Positions 19,448 through 26,800 of a DNA stretch of 64,000 nucleotides are shown here, piece by piece. Each line of letters starts with the position of its first letter. Within the stretch, counting starts at the first letter, position 1. The stretch comes from Candidatus Uhrbacteria bacterium CG10_big_fil_rev_8_21_14_0_10_50_16 (GTDB lineage Bacteria > Patescibacteriota > Patescibacteriia > UBA9934 > UBA11717): the NCBI GenBank assembly GCA_002774875.1, contig PCYM01000001.1:246153-310152 (forward strand). Direction: 5' to 3'. Position numbers and translations under genes: made by a program. The notes under the pieces are model-generated. The model did no database searches. It had not been told where the DNA came from and saw only the letters and a program-made list of their open reading frames with translations.

Positions 19448-20407
19448 TCACCCAACATACTTCCCATTCCCAAGCTTCTCCACGCTATCACGTAGGGCCT
19501 CTGTAGTGACCTGACGGCCGTATTTTAGCGTCATACGCGGGTCTACGTGTCCCATGAGTTGTTGTACGTGAGAAAGCGAAACACCTTGTGCGTAGAGGTT
19601 CGCAGCGTACGTGTGCCTACAGCGGTGCACAAAGAAATTCACTCCGCTCTTTTGTTTGATCAGGTCGGCCAAGTGTTTTAACCCATGCTTACCAAGCGGA
19701 CGGTTTCTTTTTGAAGACACAAACAGTGCATTCGTCGTGTACGCAATAGGATGATCCTCTCTTGCTCGTAGATACCGCTGAAGCTCGACCATAAGTTCCC
19801 TCTGCAAGGGAATAGTCCGTGTCAATTTGGATTTAGACGTCTTGCCTTCCACAGTAAGTGTCCGTTGTTCCATATTTACGCTCTCCAATGTAAATCCGAG
19901 AAGTTCATTACGTCGTATACCCGTTAGAATGAGTAGTTTTAGTATAGTGTAATTTCTACAGCGAAGAAATTCCGTTGCCCACTCATAATCGTACTGACAA
20001 AACTGCAACAATTTATGTATCTCTGTTTCTGTAAGGTAACGTCTATCCACATACTCTACATGCGGTTTGCTGATTGTTGGCAAGGGATTCTCCTTAATTT
20101 GTCGTGTGTCTACCAACCATCGCATGAACTTCCCCCACTTACTCCTGTATGTTAGAAGCGTGGAGTTTTTTACACCCTTATGTTGTTTTCCGTTGTTGAG
20201 GGTTCGTGTTCGCGTTTGGAGCGTCTCAAAAAGTCCGATCCAAAAACTACGTTCTTGCACAGATTTTAAATCAGCATCAGGAGCGAGCTTAAAAAGTAAC
20301 GAGAGAGCGGCACGATACCCCTCTAACGTATCTGGGCGAGCACCTGCTGTATATTGTTGTTCGCGCAAAAAATCGTCGAACAAGACCTGTAATTCATTCT
20401 GTTGCAT
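19448..20407 (-). CDS. tyrosine-type site-specific recombinase/integrase
   Basis: C-terminal HRCRHTYA...GH...Y catalytic motifs, 319 aa. Confidence 0.85.
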   Translation of the reverse strand: MQQNELQVLFDDFLREQQYTAGARPDTLEGYRAALSLLFKLAPDADLKSVQERSFWIGLFETLQTRTRTLNNGKQHKGVKNSTLLTYRSKWGKFMRWLVDTRQIKENPLPTISKPHVEYVDRRYLTETEIHKLLQFCQYDYEWATEFLRCRNYTILKLLILTGIRRNELLGFTLESVNMEQRTLTVEGKTSKSKLTRTIPLQRELMVELQRYLRAREDHPIAYTTNALFVSSKRNRPLGKHGLKHLADLIKQKSGVNFFVHRCRHTYAANLYAQGVSLSHVQQLMGHVDPRMTLKYGRQVTTEALRDSVEKLGNGKYVG

Positions 20408-20816
20408 ATAATTATTTTGATAAATAAAAACCGCCTAAAGACCCAACATCCAAAATGGACATTCGATTTTTAGGCGGTTGCACTTATTTTGTGGCACGGT
20501 GTACATGTTTACGCTTCGGGATCCATGTACAGATAACCCCGACGAGCGGTCAGCGTCTTACGACGTCAACTTGTTGCTCCACATTTGTTGCTCAACCCAA
20601 ATTGAAATGTACTACGTGATACATTCTATGCGAAAAAGTCTCTTTGTCAACGTATACTAGCTAACTTTGTGAGGTTTATTTACTTTGCAACTTTATGAGC
20701 TTTTACACTTTGTAAACTTTTGTCTGCTAGATCTAGCAAATAACCAATAATCCAAAAAACAAAAAATCGGATCCCTGTCCGATTTTTGTGTTGACCTCTT
20801 GTGTGGATAACTACAT

Positions 20817-21713
20817 TCAGCTACCGATGCCTTCTAGTCGTTCATTCACGTCTTGATAGCTCGCATCTTCCGCACATACACGTTCGTAATACCGTTTTGC
20901 ATCTTTTGGTTTGCCGAGTGCCTCACTACTTACTCCGAGTTGATAGAGCGTTTCTAACAAATCCTGATCCAAGTTACGCTTTCGTGTTGGAGCCTTTTTT
21001 AGTGTCTCAATGGCTAGCTCATGCTTTCCTTGCTGAGAAAAACACCGTGCCAGCAGGTTAAGATAACGCGTCTCTTTTTCATCCCCCTCACAAAGCTTTT
21101 GCAATAAGGAGGTCGCCTCCGAATAACGTTGCAACTCAACGAGGCTATCCGCTAAAGGATAGATCGCCCCCATTGGAGGTTCTTCCTCCTCTCGCAATGC
21201 TTGGAAACCTTTTACAGCCTCCGCATAGTTCTTGTCTGCATAATCCAACAAACAGATCAGGAAATGTGTCTCTCTATTTGGTTTTTGGATTTCATTTAGG
21301 ATTAATCGTGCCGAGTCAATATCATGCTTGTCTATTGCATTTTTCGCCCTCTTATTCTTATAGGGTGCCGTTTTTGTGTGTTTCCAATAGAAATAGCCAA
21401 TAACGGCCCAACCCAACAATCCAACTGGAGGGGCTATTACCGTCAGAATAAGCAATATAACCACGCCCACAAAGGTACCGCAGCCAACAAGACCACGTGT
21501 AAAATCTTGCGCACCAGTTGATGAGTTACCACCAGATATCTGCTGACGCGAATAGATACCCGTTCCAGGAATACTGCCATGAACGTAGCTACCTTTCGAA
21601 TTCATTCCAACACGTAAGCCTTTAACACCAGCGCTAACACCGAGACCGCTTTTGCTCAAGTTCAACTTAACACCCTTGCCTAGTCTAATTGATTTTCGGA
21701 ATCCATATGCCAT
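20817..21713 (-). CDS. DUF4236-TM-TPR repeat protein
   Basis: N-terminal MAYGFRKSIRLGKGVKLNLSKSG matches the DUF4236 signature, followed by a TM helix and TPR-like repeats. Confidence 0.5.
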   Translation of the reverse strand: MAYGFRKSIRLGKGVKLNLSKSGLGVSAGVKGLRVGMNSKGSYVHGSIPGTGIYSRQQISGGNSSTGAQDFTRGLVGCGTFVGVVILLILTVIAPPVGLLGWAVIGYFYWKHTKTAPYKNKRAKNAIDKHDIDSARLILNEIQKPNRETHFLICLLDYADKNYAEAVKGFQALREEEEPPMGAIYPLADSLVELQRYSEATSLLQKLCEGDEKETRYLNLLARCFSQQGKHELAIETLKKAPTRKRNLDQDLLETLYQLGVSSEALGKPKDAKRYYERVCAEDASYQDVNERLEGIGS

Positions 21714-21746
21714 ATATCTACATGGTCTCAGATAATGTTCGTTTCA

Positions 21747-22280
21747 TCAATTCCTTTCTGTAATCGTGGGCTCTGACAAAACCTCCCAATTGCTCACCAT
21801 CATGGGCGAGCCTCCTTTGTATCGCAAGTCAACCGTATAGTACAAACGCCCTTCTGTACCTAAGGCATTTGATGCGATGACGTATCCACTCATCTGATAC
21901 GTATCGCCCCCTGTACTAACCAATCTAGCCTCTGTACAGCTTGGCTTACGTGCTTCGTCTGGGTATTTTGTATAACCTTCAATAACAGCCCCTGCTACAA
22001 ACGCGTGAATATCACAAGCTGTTGGCTCACGATCCACTGACGTGGTCGTGCTGCTGCTCGCCGTGCTCTCTCCCGAGTAATCTCCGGGTTCGCTCACCGC
22101 AACAGCAACAATCATAATAAAGAACAAAATACCAAAGAAGACGAAAGTGCCTTTCATGTTAAATCCGCCTTTCTTGACCGTTGTCTGGCTAGGTGTGCCG
22201 ATGTCTGATTTGCAATGCTTGCAGTAAATAGCTTCTGCAATAATTTCTTCCGCGCACAGTGGGCATTTCTTTTTCGTCAT
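21747..22280 (-). CDS. zinc-ribbon membrane protein
   Basis: N-terminal CPLCAEE...CKHC ribbon, one TM helix, extracytoplasmic Ser/Thr-rich domain. Confidence 0.4.
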   Translation of the reverse strand: MTKKKCPLCAEEIIAEAIYCKHCKSDIGTPSQTTVKKGGFNMKGTFVFFGILFFIMIVAVAVSEPGDYSGESTASSSTTTSVDREPTACDIHAFVAGAVIEGYTKYPDEARKPSCTEARLVSTGGDTYQMSGYVIASNALGTEGRLYYTVDLRYKGGSPMMVSNWEVLSEPTITERN

Positions 22281-22281
22281 A

Positions 22282-22608
22282 CTACGACTTCAACACGTTA
22301 ATAATTGCGACGAGCGTTGGTCCACCAAAGAAAATCACGAATGGAAGAAATACACGTACGCGATGAAGCGTTTTTTCCGAGACACGATGCCGAATAAGTG
22401 GCAAGTAGTAGTCTGTTAAGGAAAGTGCAAACAAAGCCATTATAAACGCATTTTGAGCGTTCTCAGACGTAGGTTCTGATAGCAGAGTTAGCCCACCAAA
22501 AAACAACAGGATTCCGATCACGTTTCCAACTTTCGCTCCCAACGAACGTTGCTGTGTCTTGTTTGGCGTCGAGCCTGAATCATCAGCCTTTGTTTTAACG
22601 TTTGTCAT
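22282..22608 (-). CDS. small membrane protein
   Basis: 108 aa with three predicted TM helices. Starts 2 nt after the upstream gene. Confidence 0.35.
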   Translation of the reverse strand: MTNVKTKADDSGSTPNKTQQRSLGAKVGNVIGILLFFGGLTLLSEPTSENAQNAFIMALFALSLTDYYLPLIRHRVSEKTLHRVRVFLPFVIFFGGPTLVAIINVLKS

Positions 22609-22614
22609 GGTTTT

Positions 22615-22680
22615 TTAGCAGTGCTTGCACTTCACCGCCTCGTCTTGCACCTCTTCGGCACAATAAGGACATTTTTTCAT
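22615..22680 (-). CDS. 21-aa zinc-ribbon peptide MKKCPYCAEEVQDEAVKCKHC
   Basis: Short ORF below the ORF-track cutoff. Its motif duplicates the N-terminus of the 21747-22280 protein. Confidence 0.25.
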   Translation of the reverse strand: MKKCPYCAEEVQDEAVKCKHC

Positions 22681-22886
22681 AATATTGCGGTTTTATGGGG
22701 CGGTATACTAAAAGCCCGCCACCAGCGATACCCCCGAGGGGATACCTGCCACCCTTTCGGATGACAACCGCAATAGTGCTCTGATGACGAGCTCAGAATA
22801 CTATTGCGGATTTGATGCCATGCCCTGGAAACCAAGGTTTAGGCTAAATTGTAGTAGTATTGTATTAAATACCCATTAATAAATCA

Positions 22887-23519
22887 ATGCCTCCATCCTA
22901 TATATCTATGATAGATAAGAACACTCTTAGTTCCTTCGTAAAAGAAGTCGATCATGCTTACCAACAGTTTTCTGTTTGGAAATACTGCAACAACCAATAC
23001 GCAGAACATTGTGATAACTTTGAGGAAAAGCTAGTACAGCACTGGGCAACGTCCGTGGAAGAATTCATGCAAAACAACCGTACATTTCAAAACTTTTGGG
23101 AGGTTACCTTACCGTCGCTACAACATGCTTGGATGATATCTGTTTGTAGATTAATGGATCCTGCTTTCTTTCAAAACGATAAGACCAAGCCAAACCTTTC
23201 CTTGGATTACATTATTGAACATCTTGATAACGATGTCCTGATCAACCAGATCCGTTTATCTGCAAAGACACACAGCAGTTACACCAAACATATGAAAACA
23301 TGGCGAGACAAATACCTTGCCCATAATGATTTTAATTTTGCGGAGCAAACTATTGAGGCGGGATATGAAGACTACATAGAGTTCCTTGTCGAAACCATTA
23401 AAAACATCAAGAAACAATACCCACACCTTAAGGACTGCAATAACGTCGACCTTATTTGGTTGGATCGTGTTTCTGAAACAGGTGTAAAAGAGGTCTTCGA
23501 AAAGCTTTCTGTTGATTAA
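22887..23519 (+). CDS. hypothetical protein with an Rx5H HEPN-like motif (candidate Abi-type protein)
   Basis: 210 aa helical protein with WRDKYLAHND near the C-terminal half. Tentative. Confidence 0.35.
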   Translation: MPPSYISMIDKNTLSSFVKEVDHAYQQFSVWKYCNNQYAEHCDNFEEKLVQHWATSVEEFMQNNRTFQNFWEVTLPSLQHAWMISVCRLMDPAFFQNDKTKPNLSLDYIIEHLDNDVLINQIRLSAKTHSSYTKHMKTWRDKYLAHNDFNFAEQTIEAGYEDYIEFLVETIKNIKKQYPHLKDCNNVDLIWLDRVSETGVKEVFEKLSVD

Positions 23520-23532
23520 ACGCTGGGCACCA

Positions 23533-23554
23533 AACTTATAATGCGTTATAAGTC
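23533..23554. repeat. 22-bp recombinase-type site (9-bp inverted arms around a 4-bp core), left copy
   Basis: AACTTATAA-TGCG-TTATAAGTC. A 21-nt exact match, in inverted orientation, to 25353-25373. Confidence 0.65.
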
Positions 23555-23718
23555 TACGTGCTTGACCGTTTCTACCCCCCCTACCAGGGGTAGACGTTTT
23601 CGACGTTTATTCGATCGACCTATGCCGAATAAATACTAAGATTAGAGATAAATAAAAATCGTACTTTATCTACTTTGCGTGGTTTTTCTGTGGATAACCT
23701 TCCGATTCTTTCGGAAGA

Positions 23719-24705
23719 CTACGATACCAATGCTCTTCTTAGATTTTTAAAGTGAATAGTCTCACTTTGGTCCTTCGGGAACATCTCCAACAAGGTGTAC
23801 GGATAATATCCAGCAAGCCCACTGATAATAGTCGCGCCATATTTCACATCTTCTTCAACACGTTTTTTCCAATCTTTGGGCTGTGTCGAACTAATGACAT
23901 AGATACGTAATCCATGGTTTATTACACCGTCTGCAAGAACGGCGTTTATGTGTTCATCCCCGAAACCATAGCCTATAATAAGCATTTTTTTACTGTCTTC
24001 TTGAACAGCTGAGGAAAATAGATCGAAATACGCTTTTAGTAAAGGTTCAGATGTAATCGTGTGTACTTTATTCTTCCCAATAACCATCCTTGTGGACCCG
24101 TCAGAAGCAACCCAACCATAGGAACCATGAAGCTTAATATAAACTGGTCCAGCATGACCTCTGATGGCGGTTTCGACAAGATTGTTAACTTTATCTTCCG
24201 TTGGTAATACTAAGAAATCAGACTCCTCCAATGATGTCGTGCTCAGCCCGCCCTTTTGTGCATGAAATCCAGGCACCCCTGGGCATACACTTCCGCTCCT
24301 GCGTTCCATGAACAGGTCTTGATTCAGTGTGAAGAATACGCTAATTTTTTCTCTGCCACTATTGAATAAGCTGAGTAATCTATTTAATGTATACCAACAT
24401 ACAGGATGTGCTGAATCGTCTCGGAAAACCCAGTCCTTAGTGGCTATGTCTAGATTCTTATAAGCCTCTCTAACGGCACTCTGTATTCTCTCTTTATCCT
24501 CACAAGATACGGACTTGTCATCATTCACACGGCTGTACACGGATTCGTAGTCAAAGTCATCACACAGTAAACTCCTTAATTTCTCTGATGATTGAACATC
24601 TGGGTGATTGTATATTTGAGACCACATCTCTGAAGCCAAAAAACCACCAAAGTTTTTAGTAAACCCCGCCCCAGTCAGCAATATTAGGTTATGGTAATTA
24701 GACAT
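23719..24705 (-). CDS. SIR2-like domain protein (SIR2_2/defence-type, standalone)
   Basis: LLTGAGFTKNFGG Rossmann start, FTLNQD (the TTNYD-like motif), IKLHGS, IGYGFGDEHI. 328 aa. Overlaps the upstream gene by 8 nt. Confidence 0.65.
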   Translation of the reverse strand: MSNYHNLILLTGAGFTKNFGGFLASEMWSQIYNHPDVQSSEKLRSLLCDDFDYESVYSRVNDDKSVSCEDKERIQSAVREAYKNLDIATKDWVFRDDSAHPVCWYTLNRLLSLFNSGREKISVFFTLNQDLFMERRSGSVCPGVPGFHAQKGGLSTTSLEESDFLVLPTEDKVNNLVETAIRGHAGPVYIKLHGSYGWVASDGSTRMVIGKNKVHTITSEPLLKAYFDLFSSAVQEDSKKMLIIGYGFGDEHINAVLADGVINHGLRIYVISSTQPKDWKKRVEEDVKYGATIISGLAGYYPYTLLEMFPKDQSETIHFKNLRRALVS

Positions 24706-25384
24706 CTTTACCTTCCTCCTCTGGGGATGTCTCTTCTAGCCCCTTAGTCACCATGGACGGCAGAACGAACAGAAACTCTGCAAGAGCTTGAGCAAAGTTG
24801 ACAGTCAACTTTGCATCTTGGTAGCTAGGCATCATTGCATCATCGTCAGCATGTCGTTCTTCATTGGCCTCTAATCGTACTTGATGCGCCCAAGTGGACA
24901 TATCTTGGGTTATAAGATGCTTACCTGCCGCCTCATCTATTCGGCTGTATAATGAACCGTCTACGTAACCTTTTTCTTTCAACATCGCATCAACCGAACT
25001 TGCGGCAAGCATGATAGCACCAGAAGGCGCATGGAGACATTCTAATGCCTGCAAGAGGTAGGCCCTAGGCTTCTCTGGTATCACTTCATCTACACTCATG
25101 ACATTTGGATAGATTTCCAAAACAGCGCCCCCGGGATGTCTACTTGAACACACAACCACACCACCACAACGCTTGCAAACATACAGACCCCAATAACGTC
25201 GATTGTCACCTTTGTGATCGGCTGAGCCAACCCCATGCTCCAGTACCAAACTTGGGGTGTCTGTGGTGCAATGTGGACATCGATCCAGTTCAAGATTTTG
25301 GGATAAATTTGGCATACAATAGAAATTTGTGTAGATATTACCACATTTCTCGGACTTATAACGCATTATAAGTCGAGCTATCAT
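24698..25384 (-). CDS. zinc-ribbon + DUF4145-like (HEPN-related) protein
   Basis: N-terminal CPHC...CKRC ribbon. C-terminal helical domain with LKEKG...LYSRIDEA...AHQVRLEANEERH, resembling the DUF4145 R..(G/A)N...H signature. The start codon lies inside the 22-bp site. Confidence 0.5.
   Translation of the reverse strand: MIARLIMRYKSEKCGNIYTNFYCMPNLSQNLELDRCPHCTTDTPSLVLEHGVGSADHKGDNRRYWGLYVCKRCGGVVVCSSRHPGGAVLEIYPNVMSVDEVIPEKPRAYLLQALECLHAPSGAIMLAASSVDAMLKEKGYVDGSLYSRIDEAAGKHLITQDMSTWAHQVRLEANEERHADDDAMMPSYQDAKLTVNFAQALAEFLFVLPSMVTKGLEETSPEEEGKDV
25353..25374. repeat. 22-bp recombinase-type site, right copy (inverted)
   Basis: GACTTATAA-CGCA-TTATAAGTC. It encodes the last codons plus stop of the integrase and the first codons (MRYKS) of the DUF4145-like gene. 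Confidence 0.65.
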
Positions 25385-26273
25385 CCAATGGATGTTTGTT
25401 AATCTGTGTGCGCAGGTGTTCTGCTGAAGCGGCGAGGTAAATGCTTGTCGTTTTTAGGTCGGCATGACCTAGCATTTTTGAGAGAGAGTAAATGTCACAT
25501 CCGCCCTCTAGCATCATCGTAGCGAAGCTGTGACGTAGCTTGTGCACGCTGAATTTTATTCCTGACGCTTCCTTCATCTTCTCAACCAACCTCTTCATAC
25601 CTGTCCCCGTGAATCCAACGTTACGGTTAAGGGAGGCAAAGAACTCTGGGCAGGTTTTGTGTAGCCGTTTACGTTCTACAAGATAACGATCTAGACTCTC
25701 CTGTAATGCTGAGCAAATCGGCACTACGCGATCCTTTGACCCTTTGCCCTGTCGAATAAAGATAGAGCGGTTCTCTACATCTATATCGTTGTACTGCAGG
25801 TTAAGCAATTCCTGTTTTCGCAGTCCTGCATATAAGAATGTAGCAAAAATCGCATGATTGCGATACTTAAGGTACTTGTAAGGATAAGGGAAGTTCATAG
25901 CCGTTTCCAATATCCGCATCGCCTCTTGTTTGGTGAGCTTAGGAGGCAAACGCCGTTCAAGTTTTGGCATCTCCATTCCATCCGCAGGGTTCTCTTGCAT
26001 ATACCCCTGTTCCACACACCACCTGAAAAAGACGACAAAGCTCTTGTGGTACGTGATGAAGCTGTTAGCCGACCATTTGCGCGTTGTCCTACCATAGAGC
26101 ATGTAGCGCTCAAAACAAGGCTTAGTGACCTGCTGAAGCGTTTCTATGCCTTCTGTACGTATAAAGAATCCCACGGCGTTCTTATATCGCTGAATAGTCG
26201 TTGGTCTGTACCCACGAATAAACGAAGAGTGGTCACAAAATTGTCGCAACGCTGTTTGTATGTACATAAACAA
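25356..26273 (-). CDS. tyrosine-type integrase adjacent to the tRNA-Thr attachment site
   Basis: HKLRHSFAT...GH...Y catalytic box, 305 aa. A terminator hairpin separates it from the tRNA 3' end. Confidence 0.85.
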   Translation of the reverse strand: MFMYIQTALRQFCDHSSFIRGYRPTTIQRYKNAVGFFIRTEGIETLQQVTKPCFERYMLYGRTTRKWSANSFITYHKSFVVFFRWCVEQGYMQENPADGMEMPKLERRLPPKLTKQEAMRILETAMNFPYPYKYLKYRNHAIFATFLYAGLRKQELLNLQYNDIDVENRSIFIRQGKGSKDRVVPICSALQESLDRYLVERKRLHKTCPEFFASLNRNVGFTGTGMKRLVEKMKEASGIKFSVHKLRHSFATMMLEGGCDIYSLSKMLGHADLKTTSIYLAASAEHLRTQINKHPLDDSSTYNAL

Positions 26274-26305
26274 AAAATCCTGATGGTGAACATCAGAACC
26301 TTTCG

Positions 26306-26589
26306 TGGAGCCACGATCGGGATTCGAACCCGAGACCTCATCCTTCGCTTACACCCTAATTTATTTCGTCACGTATATAGGGACTAGACTGTATATTAGG
26401 CATATTCCCTAAGGAACTTAGCCCCCCTTGTCAGTCGTTCGGGCGTTTCTTCGATTGACGCCACGGTCTTACCCTTGTGACAGGGCTTTAACCGTTATTC
26501 GGGATTCACTCTACCGTTTCCAGTGGGGTGGGCTACTTTCTCGTATGAAAGTGACCATGGATGCGCTCTACCGACTGAGCTATCGCGGC
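26306..26589 (-). tRNA. tRNA-Thr (anticodon GGU) interrupted by a ~208-nt intron between positions 36 and 37
   Basis: Exon 1 at 26589-26554 (GCCGCGATAGCTCAGTCGGTAGAGCGCATCCATGGT). Exon 2 at 26345-26306 (AAGGATGAGGTCTCGGGTTCGAATCCCGATCGTGGCTCCA). Joined they give a canonical 76-nt cloverleaf with a G4-U69 wobble. The intron-less version of the same 3' part is present at 18164-18208. Confidence 0.6.
26346..26553 (-). ncRNA. putative group I-type self-splicing intron in the tRNA-Thr anticodon loop
   Basis: The 5' exon ends in U and the intron ends in G. A UAUACAGUCUAGUCC segment resembles the group I S/P7 region. No ORF inside. Confidence 0.35.
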
Positions 26590-26751
26590 TTAATTGTTTT
26601 CTTGGTATATGGTGAAAGCACCATCATTGTAATACAGAGGTGTCCCCTTCGGGGACTACTTTAGTAAAGGAAGTGGTATCTATCTCTCACACAACAGCCG
26701 AAACGGCTGTAGTCTTAGGGATAATACTCTTCTTAACTATAGACCTCTTTA

Positions 26752-26789
26752 TTACCATGGATGCGCTCTACCGACTGAGCTATCGCGGC
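26752..26789 (-). repeat. second copy of tRNA-Thr(GGU) positions 1-38 (pseudo-tRNA 5' fragment)
   Basis: A 36-nt exact repeat of exon 1 plus AA. It is followed by degenerate tRNA-like sequence and a 164-nt hairpin-rich spacer. Confidence 0.55.
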
Positions 26790-26800
26790 ACGAGCCTCGC

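Noticed and set aside
20408-20800. A third att repeat splitting the island into two tandem elements, one per integrase
   Set aside because: There is no tRNA-derived sequence in the spacer between the integrase regions, only terminator-like hairpins. I am treating it as one composite element.
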